The position numbers and the translations under genes were made by a program. Under the pieces are notes generated by a model that saw nothing but the letters and a program-made list of their open reading frames with translations, searched no databases and was not told where the DNA came from. Shown here piece by piece: positions 12,376 through 25,210 of a DNA stretch of 64,000 bases. How positions within the stretch are numbered: position 1 is the first letter of the stretch; each line of letters starts with the position of its first letter. The stretch lies in NCBI RefSeq assembly GCF_006345805.1, contig NC_043003.1, forward strand, positions 4,898,001 through 4,962,000, given 5' to 3'. The DNA is from Octopus sinensis (Eukaryota).

Positions 12376-13369
12376 GTATTATATACATCTATATAATTAT
12401 ATGATGCATGTCTGTGCAATGGACTGGAAAAAATTGCACAAACATTTGACTTAAATGGAGTAAAGCCTTGTGTGGAACCCATTCCTTTCACTGCTCCTAA
12501 ATTTATACCTCGAAAGCTGTAAGACACCGGTCATAAAGGGGTAAATATCAAGGAAGGTGGGTAGCCAAAACTGAAGCAAGCCACACTGGTACTTCGCTAG
12601 TTTTGAAACTCGCATTAAATATGTATAGTTCGCTTTGCTGAAGTTTATCTTTTATTTTCAGACAGACATCAAAGTAAGATTCTTTGTAGATCTCGGCATG
12701 AGTAAAATGATATTTGGAACAACATAACGCAGAGACTACTTGCAGCTATCGCTGAGATTTTCACGCATGTTCTCATTGTGCTAAAGTGTCTGAGCATGAT
12801 CAATCTGGACGTGCTAGTCGATAGGGAGGTCAAAATCTCTGAGATGCAGAGAATTGATGTCCTAAGTGAATACCAGAGTCTGTCTCTTCCGATCGAGTGA
12901 CATGACATTGTTGTCAGAAGGTGCATGGAAACTGATATATTCCTGGACCCAGATTGTAGGTCCGTGTTCAAGGACGGGGGTGCTGGAACTGATGGACGTT
13001 TACGCTCTAACAGACACTGAAAGCTGGATTTCTTCTGACTTTTGAAAATTTTGTTAGGAAATTCTCACCCACTAATGAGAGTAGGTGACTAGAATGGCGT
13101 GTCTGAGATACGCAAGGATTGTGCTACGGTCGATGATAGGAGAATAAGGTGTAAACATGTAAACATTTCGCCTAAACTTGCTCAGTTATTCTCAACTGTC
13201 AGATATAGATTTTCAAAACGCTATATTGCGGCCTTGAATAGACATCAACAGGTTAGCAGGATCTTGTACATTGTTTTCTTCAGTTTAACTGTGTTACGCG
13301 GTAATGGATTAAACAGATTAGAAGATGCTGACATTTTTTTATCATATAACCTTTACTTGATTCAGTCAT

Positions 13370-13615
13370 ATGAGTGCAGACATGCTGGGGCACCGCCGCA
13401 AAGAAGCTTATTCGAATGGATTGCCACATGCACTCATTTGTAAAAGCTCCGTAGATTACGTGAACGTAAACACACTAACACCGGTTATCAAACAGTGGTA
13501 GAAGACAAACACAGACACAAAAACACATGCACACACTCACACACACACACACACACGCAGACATGTTTATGGTTAGAAAGCAAAAGTCTTACCATACAGC
13601 CACTTCTGCACCTAG
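13370..13615 (-). mobile_element. Degenerate SINE, family A
   Basis: catgctggggcaccgcc tail and cttaccatacagccacttctgcaccta head on the minus strand. Confidence 0.65.
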
Positions 13616-13637
13616 AGCACGCCTGAATGTATTCGGT

Positions 13638-13809
13638 CTGCCAGACGAGATGGTGAAGATGCCGACGACCGCTTTGTTCAAAGCCTCCCTGGACCTCAAG
13701 TGGCCTGAACTCTTTACATGAACACCACCCTGTACTTAACTCCATGTCCCCCTACATGGCCTTGCTATTTGCTTTTGAGCCAAATTAACTAACTAACTAA
13801 CTAACTAAC
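13638..13809 (+). mobile_element. CR1-type LINE 3' stub with (TAAC)n tail
   Basis: LPDEMVKMPTTALFKASLDLKWPELFT*; near-identical to the 3' end of 28875-29342. Confidence 0.9.
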
Positions 13810-14039
13810 ATGTGGTAGGTTAAAGTATAAAATATAAATCTGCAAGTTTTAACAATGTTGTTACAAGGGAGAACAGTAAATCAAAAGATATGTGAAGCAA
13901 CAAGTAAGACGTAGCGAACAGAAAATGGCATCGATTGCAACGAAGCTGGCTCAGCATTTTGTATACAGTTTTATCTGTTTACATTCCCACATATTTGATA
14001 ATCCCCATTAAACAAGAGGTTAAGTGAACGTTTATACTA

Positions 14040-14303
14040 TTGCGTTGGTGCATAATTATTGCGGCATTTTTTCAACAAATTTCTATTCAACAAAAACAAT
14101 TAAAACTTGTAACAAAAACAATTAAAACTTGTAACAAAAACAAATTTAAATAATTATTCCGGAGCATATTCACCATCTACTTCAATTACTACTTCCATTT
14201 GCTTGGCAGACAGTCAGTCCGTTATTTAAAGGTGGTTTGTTAAATATTGTTTTTGTCGAATCAAATTTGTCGAAAAAGCCGCAATAATTATGCACCAAAC
14301 CAA
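14040..14303 (-). mobile_element. Mariner-derived MITE / internal-deletion derivative (264 bp)
   Basis: ~60-bp TIRs (ttgcgttggtgcataattattgcggc / gccgcaataattatgcaccaaaccaa), TA on both sides, Hsmar1-like termini; interior minus strand ends ...VIEVDGEYAPE*, like a mariner transposase C-terminus. Confidence 0.85.
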
Positions 14304-14339
14304 TAATACAAAAAAGGAAATTAAAGCGTCAGGCGACAA

Positions 14340-14700
14340 CCGTAGGTGGGCTGGGAGAATCGTTAGCGCGTCTAACAAAATGCTTGGCATCGACCTTCCG
14401 ATGCTATGTATTCTCAATTCCATTGCATCTGCGGCTGACTTTGCCTTCCATCCGTCGGAATCGATAGAATAGCTATCAGTTGAACATTGGAGGTGATGTA
14501 AACGACAAGCTCTTCCAACAAGATATTAGGTACTCCGCCTATAACAGAAAGGAGTATTTACGTTCTGAGTTCAAATTCCACCGAAGTTGATTTCACCCTT
14601 GTACTCTCGAGTACCATCGACCCCGGTACCGTTTGCGTACTGGGGTGGATGTCATCCACTTAACTCCCCCACTCTCGATATTACAGACCAATATTTCGTC
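14340..14700 (+). mobile_element. Two degenerate SINE family B fragments
   Basis: gctgactttgccttccatccg and ttacgttctgagttcaaattccaccgaagttga match family B internal motifs. Confidence 0.6.
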
Positions 14701-15001
14701 TGCCCAGCATTTTAAACCATTATTATCGGAAACATTTGAGAAGGGAAATGAGTACAGGTGTTACAATTTTCTACGTATGTGGTTATATTCTTTATTCAGA
14801 TACGAAATCCAGCCCATACACAACATCCCTTTCTTTATAATTTCAAGAAAGACTCTGTATTCAAGATGGCCGCCACGCAAACACACTTTTCATTTCATTT
14901 TTTCTTCTCTCTTTTTTTTGTAGTAATTATTATATCAGGACAGCACGTGCTCAGAATTATAGCTTCTTTTATATTTACACACCACACAAACATATACATG
15001 C

Positions 15002-15067
<66 letters not shown>

Positions 15068-15350
15068 CATAATATATATCTAATTATATATCTAAATGCA
15101 CGCAGTAATATATATACACACAAGCACATACAGCTGTATATATGCATATATATATATATATTTACATACATATACATACATATATTATATATACATACAT
15201 ATACATACATTATATATATATATATACATATACATACATATATATGTATATACATACATACATATACATACATTATATATATATATACATACATATATAT
15301 ATATATATATACATACATATACATATATATATACATACATATACATACAT

Positions 15351-15397
<47 letters not shown>

Positions 15398-15664
15398 TAT
15401 ATTTACATACATATATATATATATATATATACATATATTTACATACATATATATATACATATATATATGTATATATGGATACTGTTATTTACATATTCTG
15501 CCAGACTCACTGATCCTGCCATTAATCTGTTTACATTGAAATGAATTCCAGTTTTTCTTTGATCGTAGGGTCGCTTACGTCCTTCCACCAATGACTTTCT
15601 CCACACACACCACACACACACACACACGGAACACACTCGCACACCTTAAACACACATAGAAACA

Positions 15665-15768
15665 AAATGAACGAGACTGTAATTGAATGCATTATGTCTA
15701 CTGCATAATCTGTCTGTTATATTTCGTCAGAAACACTTATTTCAACTAGTCTTCACCTCTTTATTATC

Positions 15769-15814
<46 letters not shown>

Positions 15815-16056
15815 GATATATACACACATGCACACACAGACGTACACACACATATTTATATATATACATTCAAATACATATATGTACACATATATATATA
15901 TACATATATATATACATCACATATATGCATATATGAGATGTATATAAATTATATACGATATACATATATTTGTATAAATATCCATGGGCATACTTATGTA
16001 TATACCTGTATAAATATACATATATGCATATACACACACAACAAATATTCACACCG

Positions 16057-16091
<35 letters not shown>

Positions 16092-16237
16092 GCGCAACGG
16101 AAAGCACACCTAGATATACAGAAATGAACGAGACTGTAATTGAATGCATTATGTCTACTGCATAATCTGTCTGTTATATTTCGTCAGAAACACTTATTTC
16201 AACTAGTCTTCACCTCTTTATTATCACAACACACAAC

Positions 16238-16273
<36 letters not shown>

Positions 16274-16503
16274 GATATATACACACATGCACACACAGAC
16301 GTACACACACATTTTATATATATATACATTCAAATACATTATGTACACATATATATATACATATTATTATACATCACATATATGCATATATGAGATGTAT
16401 ATAAATTATATACGATAACATATATTTGTATAAATATCCATGGGCATACTTATGTATATACCTGTATAAATATACATATATGCATATACACACACACACA
16501 CAC

Positions 16504-16510
<7 letters not shown>
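15665..16510. repeat. ~457-bp tandem duplication (unique 105 bp plus microsatellite)
   Basis: aaatgaacgagactgtaattgaatgc...cacctctttattatc occurs at 15665 and 16122, each followed by the same compound microsatellite with small indels. Confidence 0.85.
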
Positions 16511-16548
<38 letters not shown>

Positions 16549-17140
16549 TACACATACATATATATATATCTACGTACGCGTCTTTCGTTGAACTTAGCCA
16601 AGCATCTTATAGATGTGGCAGTGAAATCTCATTAACATAATTGTTTTGGCTTCCTTGAAGCTGACAATAATGGCGGCCGTTAATATTTTATACGGTCAAG
16701 CCTTACAGTGGAGTTTAAAGTTCGATTGATTTCCTTGTTTTGGAGCCAATAATGAAAGCTGTATTAGATTTACACCAACCTCTGACGAACAACGAAGACG
16801 TTGTCATTGTTATTGCAGTCGCTCGTATTTTTACGATGGTTATTGAATCAGGTATAAATGATAAGCGTCTCAACCGTTTACTCACTTCATACATACTTAA
16901 TGGCCCGATATTGTTAGCTGGGTTTTTTTTACAGATTAGGTGTGGAATTCTTTGGGTGTGAGATTTCTTGAGATCCGGTGAATTCTTGGAATCAGACAAT
17001 CTGGTCTGAACAGATCTAATACAACAGATGAGGAATTTGAATATATATATATATATATATATAATATAATATATATATATAATATATATGATATTTATAC
17101 ATATATATAATATATATATATATGCATATATACATATATG

Positions 17141-17193
<53 letters not shown>

Positions 17194-17386
17194 ATTTATA
17201 ATATATAATATATATATAGCATATATACATATATGTATATATATATATGTATATATACATATGCATGTATATGTATATATAACATATATGCATGTATATG
17301 TATATATACATATATAGTATATATATACATATATGTATATATATATATATGATATATATGAATACATATTAATAATTCATATACAG

Positions 17387-17426
<40 letters not shown>

Positions 17427-17771
17427 TCGCGCGCGACCACACACACACATACAAACTCCCCACACACGTATTTATAAATGTATAACTTGCATAAATTTAC
17501 TGGAAAAGAGAGAGAATTTCTTGAATGAAATATCCAAAAGACAAAAAATCGAAAGAAGCTTCTATAGAAGTGAAATTAATTTGGAGAGTAAGTAACTAAA
17601 TTCTAAAAACTTAAATATTCAGGAAAGTAGTCTCTCTCTTCTTTGGTAAAGCGTGAATTCTGCAAAATGTGTCTATGGTTTTAACTCGGACACTGGTTGT
17701 CTGTTACTCTGTCTCCCTGTCACACACATTCTCTCTCTCTACAACATAGGTATGCAGCACAAAACTCTATT

Positions 17772-18127
17772 CATAGACGCAGGAGTGGCTGAGTGGTAAA
17801 TAGTTTGCTTACCAGCCACATGGTTCCGGGTTCAGTCCCACTGCTGGCACCTTGGTCAAGTGTCTTCTACTGTAACCTCGGGCAGACCAAAACCTTGTGA
17901 GTGGATTTGGTAGACGGAAACTTAAAGAATTATATATGTATAGGTGTATATATATATATATGTGTGTGTTGCTGGTGTGTTTACGTCCCCGTAACTTAGC
18001 GGTTCGGCAAAAGAACCGATAGAATAAGTACTAGGCTTACAAAGATTAAGACTTGGGTTGACTTGCTCGACTAAAGGCGGCGCTCCAGCTTGGCTGCAGT
18101 CAAATGACTGAAACAATTAAAAGAGTA
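17772..18127 (+). mobile_element. SINE, family A
   Basis: catagacgcaggagtggctgagtggtaa head, ggttcagtccc B box, ggcggcgctccagc...caaatgactgaaac tail. Confidence 0.9.
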
Positions 18128-18404
18128 TTCGTCAATATTCCTCCATACATCATCTATTTACACATTTTCTTGAAGAATATTTGTGCCGTAACTTGTCGTG
18201 AATAATATGGAGCAGATTGGATGTGATTGGATTCCATAAGTTCAGTCCATTTCAGCACAAAGGCGCCGGCATGTTCTGTTCACCAACCACAATCTGGTGT
18301 AGAGGCCGTGATTTCCAGCTTGAGATCATACTGCTTTCATGAGCCTACATTTCCACATTAGCACGACATGGCTTGACGGAGGGGTACAGCTTTAATATTC
18401 TAAC

Positions 18405-18593
18405 AAGGGAGTCGTTAAGTGGATTACATCGATTCCTATGTTTACCTCGCACTTATTTTATCGACCCCGAAAGAATGAATGTCCAAGTCGACCTCGGTAG
18501 GATTTGAATTTTAGGATGTTAGTAGTGATGAAATAGCGAAATGACGCCAAGCATTTCGCCCGGCGTGATAATGATTCTGCCAGCTCGCTGCTT
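18405..18593 (-). mobile_element. SINE, family B (degenerate)
   Basis: Reverse complement of gcgagctggcagaatc...cgccgggcgaaatgctt...cggggtcgataaaataag. Confidence 0.75.
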
Positions 18594-18858
18594 GTGTATT
18601 ATATATATATATTAATAATATATATTATATATATATATATATATTATATATTATGTACAGAGAAAGAGAGAAGATAAGAAATGTTAATTATTGCTCCATT
18701 TATTATTTTCACTATATATTAAAGCACGGTTTTACCTTTAAATTACCTACTACCGTATACCTTATAACTAGGACTATACATACTGAGATAATAGACCAGG
18801 TGTACCTACGGTTATATCTATCCCTTACACGGTTGCATAACTTCTAACTTATATTTTG

Positions 18859-18899
<41 letters not shown>

Positions 18900-19069
18900 T
18901 ATACATGCATGTATATGTGTGTGTATAAATATATATATATACATATCATATATATGTATACACATATATGTATATGTATACACATATAATATATATATAT
19001 ACATTTACACACTAAGTATATTTACAAACATGCGAATTTGCGTTGTATGTATACAAATAATATATGTGG

Positions 19070-19104
<35 letters not shown>

Positions 19105-19199
19105 AGTGTGTGTATGTGTGCATGTATATATATTCTTCCAACTAAGTTTTATATATATATATATTATATATATATATATATTTGTTTGTCAGTATGACA

Positions 19200-19795
19200 T
19201 ACATCAGAAAAAGAAGCACAGTCTAAAGAATAGACCAATAAATATTTAAGCAAAAAGTTAAATTCTGGTCATAGAGTGACCAATGGTTTCGTATCCTTGA
19301 AAGCTACATCCTTGTTAACAGCTTATCAGACTCTATACAAAGACAATTTAACTTTTCACCTCGCGGACGTGAGGAAATGCTAACAAACCGACGTCTAACG
19401 GTTGACCTACAAAAACCTTATTAATGACAGCTTATCTTCCCTGGACCAGAGGATAAAGAGAAGCTATAATCAAAACCAAAACTGCAAACGAAGTGATTAA
19501 ATTTTCCAGTTGGTTGTGCTTGAAATGAAGACATTTTGAGAACATTTTTTTTTTGCAGTTATTTGAGGCACCAGGCTCTCAGAACAGTTAAGAATTTTGG
19601 TTCTTCTTCCGATGCAGATTTTGTATCACCCGATTCCATTGATATATAAGTCTGGATGTTCTATGACCTACCACCTGATATCATATGGGGTTCTTTGATC
19701 TTTGAGGTGCCACACATGGCTGGCCAGGGGTGTGACAAAATGCTGGAACTCTAAAGGATGACTGGCGGTTGCAGAAGTGAGCTGAAAAGTTAAAT
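19200..19795 (-). mobile_element. Penelope-like element remnant: GIY-YIG C-terminal region plus 3' pLTR with hammerhead
   Basis: Minus strand with frameshifts: FCNRQSSFRVPAFCH/TPLASHVWHLKDQRTPYDIRW*VIEHPDLYINGIG*YKICI, matching the PLE endonuclease pattern NH.SSF...T.LS.Y.W.LK....I.W.I.....Y.....C.LC..EK; hammerhead ~250 nt downstream. Confidence 0.7.
19271..19336 (-). ncRNA. Decayed type I hammerhead ribozyme in the PLE 3' region
   Basis: atagagt CTGATAA g...c GAAA cc att gg TC actctat: 7-bp stem I, 3-bp stem III, GUC site; G8>A and a disrupted stem II. Confidence 0.7.
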
Positions 19796-21307
19796 GTTAA
19801 ATTTGCTTTCGTATAGAGTCGTGGGTACGAAAGCATTGGACACCCTATGATGAGAATTTAATATTTTTTTCGCTATATATATATGTATGTATATGTACAG
19901 AGAAATGTACGCATATGTGTCTATGTACGCATATGCAAATAAAATTATCAAGTTTTACTTACAATATGATACACGCACATTTACACACACACACAACCAG
20001 AATGTATTGATAATTAACTGTTAATGATTTTGTCTATTGATTTATTTATGATTGAAGCTACAAATGAATTTTTTTAAAAATTTAAATTTTTGCACTTTTA
20101 AATTATGCAAGTTTAAACATTTTAATTAATATTATACAATTAACTGACATTGATATTAAAGACATAAAAATGAACGTCATTTAATTGACATTAATTCAGG
20201 AACATATATTTGAATTTTAATATTCAGTATTAGAAGCTACCAATAAACTAAACTAAGAACCGATAGTAACTATTGATTATTTTTCATCTGAAATCTGATG
20301 AGTCGGGTATACAAAAACCTTTATCATGAGAGACAAGATTTAGAATGGTCCAATTGAATCAGTTATGATCGAATATTTGGGTAATGGCTGCTGAATTTAG
20401 GGATATCATCATTGATGATGAACACACCGTGGACATATTAAGTGGAGTGAAAAACCCGTTATTAACGACAAATTCGGTATTAGTTCAGAACAACTATCTG
20501 TATACCTTTCTTATAGTGGATATACTGTAAGAAAACTGGAATACTGCGGTTTCTTTTTGAAGAAGCATCTTTTCTATACGTCTATACAAGATGCGTTCTC
20601 AAGCAGAACACTTCAGTGTTGTGACGTTCTTACGTTATGTCGATGTTGAGATATATAGATTTCTATTGGGAATTTGTAGCCGTTTTAAACATTCATCAAG
20701 AAGCATCACAATAAACTGCTGACATGCAAAATCGATAAATTCATCGTTCATCGATGAAGAATATGTAAATAACCATCTTTGATACTTCCGACGACGTTCG
20801 ACTTTAACATCACATGAAGTTTGGTATCACCATAACCAAAGATACAGTGAATCCTTTTGGAATTTTAGAATGTTTTCAGAGCAACTAAAGGCGTACTATT
20901 CGCCCAATGTATTCCCATATAGTAGTTTAGTTTTGTCGGGCATTCAAGATTAGGTCGTCAACAGTTGTGATATATTTTATGGGCGACTAAATCAATATTA
21001 AATTTCATTGCAACACGAAGTCATACAGAAGGAGAATTGTCCTGAGAGCGTATGGATCCAAGAGTGTATTTCCTGATTTATGGTTCCATTTCTGCAACTA
21101 GAGACTTTTCATTTCATTAGATAAAGTTTGTCATGAGCAGTAAGGATTTTAAGAAAATTTCGGTAAAGACTATGCCAACTGAATTTGAGCAGATCGTGGA
21201 CATTTATGTGGAGCAGCGAGTCGGACCAAATGCAGGAATGAATAAGCAAGATAGACCAAGTGTTGCAGCAGACAGCACATTCACTAAATTTCAATAGCTT
21301 TCATCTT

Positions 21308-21584
21308 GTATCTTTTACTTGTTTCAGTCATTGGATTGCGGCCTTGTTGCGGTACCACCTCCATAGAAAATTAACCGCAGGGCTTATTTTTGTAAGCCTG
21401 GTACTTATTCTAATGGGTACTTATTGCCGAGTTATGGACATGTAAACAAACGAACACCGGTTGTTGGGCGGCTTTGGAAGACAAACACACACACACACAT
21501 ATAAATATATAAACTTAGATAAACTTAGATATGTTTCGACCAAAGATTGGTCCAGGCCATGTCTAACTTAATAGCACCACCTGA

Positions 21585-21632
<48 letters not shown>

Positions 21633-21818
21633 CGCGGGTTTTTTTTCGATATCCATCGACCAAATCGACTCACAAAGCTTTGATGGGCTCGAAGCTACAG
21701 TAGAAGACACTTGCCCAAAGTAACACTCAATAGGACTGAACCAGGAGCGTTGTGGTTGGAAAGCAAGCTTCTTACCACACAGCCATGTCTGCAATTATTG
21801 GCCACACCCGCGCCTATA
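21308..21818 (-). mobile_element. Degenerate SINE family A containing a nested LINE stub
   Basis: Tail cttttacttgtttcagtcatt... at 21308 and head cttaccacacagcc... near 21770-21818. Confidence 0.7.
21511..21584 (-). mobile_element. 74-bp 3' stub of the young LINE family (same as 29.8-31.8 kb)
   Basis: Reverse complement tcaggtggtgctattaagttagacatggcctggaccaatctttggtcgaaacatatctaagttt(atctaagttt) matches the LINE end at ~31690-31765 almost exactly. Confidence 0.92.
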
Positions 21819-22346
21819 ACCACACAACTGACAGAAAACTTTTACGATTTGATTAACATGAGGATTCAACTTAGGACATTAGGGAACAACATCGAGGTGT
21901 AGTTTACATAATCGGAGAAATATCCAGATAATATGATTACCGACATTTTAAATTCATTGTGTTTCAGATGCGATTCCACATTTAGATAATTCTCGTAACT
22001 TAGCAAATATTTTTCGATGCCAAAAATTGCACTCGTTGTTGTCTACAATGCAAATATTCAATTCGTTGAGGGAGAGAGAAAAAAAAACAAAAACAAAAAA
22101 GTTAAACAATGTGGTGTTTTTTGGAATGTACTTCAATTAACTTTATATTTGTAGACTGACTGAACTTTAATGATTTCATTAGCTTAATTAAAAGCTTTCT
22201 GAGAAGTGACTTACAACTTTTTAAAGAGCTCACATTTCTTTGTATTCATCTATTCACATCAAGTTGGAAATGGAAAGAGAGGAAATACACGGAAATAATT
22301 AGTACGGAATCATCAAAAACTCCTGCTCTTCAAACCGACTCAACTA

Positions 22347-22377
<31 letters not shown>

Positions 22378-22446
22378 TTATATACATATAATGTATATAT
22401 AATATATACATATATATACCTAATATACATAATATATGTATATCCT

Positions 22447-22751
22447 TAAAAAAAAAATGTTTTAGCCCGAAGGCCGCGGCCATGCTGGGGCACCACCGCT
22501 GAATGAGCACACTATTTGTGAATCCACCTCTGATACGTGGCACTTGATCACAAGGAGTTCGATGCTGCTGCCCGCATCCGCGTCTCCTGTCGTGAGGTAG
22601 GTTCATCTGGGACTTCCAACAAGAAGAGATCCAGTTTAGTTTTAAAGAAACCACATCCACACCATGTAGTCTCTCAGGCATTTAGGGAGGATGTTGAAAG
22701 CTGTGGTCCTCTGAAACCCAAGCTGTTGCAGTATCTGGACCTATTTTGATG
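22447..22751 (-). mobile_element. CR1/L2-group LINE 3' fragment (same family as 49.75 kb)
   Basis: Minus strand YCNSLGFRGPQL...KTKLDLFLLEVPDEPTSRQETRMRAAASNSL; tail ggtggtgccccagcatggccgc. Confidence 0.85.
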
Positions 22752-23593
22752 AATATTAATATATTATATACATATATATAATATAAATATACATAATATA
22801 ATATATAATATACATATATATACGTAATATACATAATATATATAATATATAATATACATATATATACGTAATATACATAATATAATATATATAATATACA
22901 TATATACATATAATATACATATATATAAATATACATACATACATTATATACATACATATATAATATACATACATATATAATATATATACATATATATATA
23001 TAATATACATATATATAAAATACATAATCTATATAAAATATATACATAAATATATATATATACATACAGGCATACATATAAACATATATACATACGTACA
23101 TATATATATATATATATACGTATGTATGTATGTATACGTATGAGTGTGTGCCTGTGCGTCGGCATTTAATTTTGTACAGATGGTGTTTGTGTTGGGGTGT
23201 TTATGCGTGGGTATATTTGTATATGTTTATACATACACGCATATACGTAGGTATACACGCGCACACACACATATGTGTAATCATACGCATTAACAATGAC
23301 AGATATACTGAAAGTAATATACCACAATCATTATATTTTTATGTTCAGGGAAAACTGTTTTTTTTTTTCAAAATACCATTCTAATTTGCATAATTCTTCT
23401 AAATGAATTATCTTTCTAATCGGTAATTTTTTCCAATGTCTGCTGCAGTGCTCCGAGGCAGACATTATTTTTAGCTTAACGTCAGCAGCCGCGCAGAATA
23501 TATTTCACACACGTCACATGACCTCCGATCTTCTCACTAAAAATCTATAACCTGTTAATTGAAACACGTACAAATACATACATACGTACATAC

Positions 23594-23641
<48 letters not shown>

Positions 23642-23642
23642 A

Positions 23643-23853
23643 AGGACGCCATGATAGATCGTTAGATCCTAGACGCATTTTTTTTCTCTCCTTGTTTCTC
23701 TCCTTGTTCTTTTCTGTGTATCTTTCTGTCGAAGAGCGTAGGCTCGAAACGTAAAAGACTTGTTCTATCTCTATCCCTGGGCGCCATACTAATACATTTG
23801 TGTGTTTGTACTTCACCTGGCTTCGTCTTTTGTTTATTTTCGTAAACCTCCCG
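23643..23853 (+). mobile_element. ~210-bp non-autonomous element (PLE pLTR / retrozyme-like) with minimal hammerhead
   Basis: Same family as 48295-48550 in the opposite orientation (gccatgatagatcgttag...gaagagcgtaggctcgaaacgtaaaagact...atactaatacatttg...ttcgtaaac). Confidence 0.8.
23721..23758 (+). ncRNA. Minimal type I hammerhead motif (A6>U variant)
   Basis: tcttt CTGTCGA a gagc gtag gctc GAAA cg TA aaaga: perfect 5-bp stem I, 4-bp stem II, loopless palindromic stem III. Confidence 0.75.
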
Positions 23854-24009
23854 TTATATATATATACATATCTTGAATGTATATATAATATATATATATA
23901 TATAATATACAAACACACACATATATATAATATTCTTGCTATGTATGGTGTGTGTATATTATAATATATCTTTGCATGTATGTATACTCATTTACTCTAT
24001 CTTTTTATG

Positions 24010-24075
<66 letters not shown>

Positions 24076-24977
24076 ATACGTATGTGTACATATGAATTAA
24101 AGAACTGACAAAAGAACAGGGAATTATTTATTTACTTTCGCATTAAGCTCTGTACTCGACTGAAGTTTTTCTCTGAAGCATTTGCACATTGAGCCATGAA
24201 TGTCGATACACCGACGCGAAAGATGAATGTGTACGCGTGTGTATGTGTGTTGGTGTATATTGTATGTGTGCATGTGTGAGCGCGGGTACTTATCTATCTA
24301 TCTATCTATTTATCCACTGGCCCCAGTCCTTGGGCTGAAACGCATAAAGGAATATATAACATACATACATGAGAAAGAAGTATAACGCAGAGAATCTTCG
24401 AGTATTATTTGAAAACCTTTTGGCGTATTTACGTGATGTGAAGGCATTCTACTTTTCTGCGACTTAACCGGGAAACAACCGGATGTTCCTCTTTTGGCGT
24501 TCTATTTTCTGGATTATTGTCTGCAACCATATTCTTCAGCTACTCAGATAACCATTAATTTAAATAAAAGTGAATAACCACAACTTATCAAGATATAACT
24601 TTAATTGACTTCACGTGTCAGTCAGCTACGGAGTTAATTAAAATGTATAAATCTATATAGAATATAACGTAAATTAGAATATCTTAGATACAGTTAATTA
24701 TATGAAATTATTTAGCTTTAGAGATTACAGAAACTATAAAACATTGAATTGTTATATCAAAAAGCTTGAAAAATAACTGGGTATTCTCTTACATTCCTGT
24801 TGAACCCTGAAATATATCTGTAAGAAGATTTCTAATTAATTTTGTGTTTGATTAAGGGATAAGATTATACTCGTATCGTCTGTAATCTCTACAGCTAAAA
24901 ACATTCAAATGACAAATTAGTTAGGTTCCACTTGTTTATATTAAGTGTTAATATCGAAGGAAGATGGAGTGGTTAAT

Positions 24978-25210
24978 GATTGGCGTGGTGTTTAGAGTGT
25001 TTCCCTCACAATCACAGTGTTGTGGTTCGAATTCTGAGTTGTGATATTGACCAACACACTTCCTTGCACGCTGCTCCAATCCAATCAGCTCTAAGCGAGT
25101 AATTCTGCGAAAGACTGGCGACTCTTTCAGGGGCAATATTGGCATCTTGATCACTTCTAGACGATGGAAACCAGGAAACCTGGCCAATGAGTTCTAGGAC
25201 TCAAGACGAA
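24978..25210 (+). mobile_element. Old tRNA-derived SINE with a Meta-domain-like core
   Basis: tggcgtggtgtttagag (A box), ggttcgaattc (B box), then ctgcgaaagactggcgactctttcagggg...ggaaaccaggaaacctggcc. Confidence 0.45.

Noticed and set aside
12700-13020. Semi-open frames (EIFTHVLIVLKCLSMINLD... and the minus 100-aa ORF)
   Set aside because: Interrupted by stops, no recognisable motif; possibly a decayed TE but not assignable.
14862-14874. Isolated YY1-like motif caagatggccgcc (similar ones near 16.68 and 39.79 kb)
   Set aside because: Single short motifs without supporting promoter context.
16782-16805. CUGACGA followed by a hairpin
   Set aside because: No GAAA, stem III or stem I, so not a hammerhead.
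23514-23551. Possible minus-strand terminal exon GYRFLVRRSEVM*
   Set aside because: Only a moderate acceptor, a 12-codon frame and no linked upstream exon.
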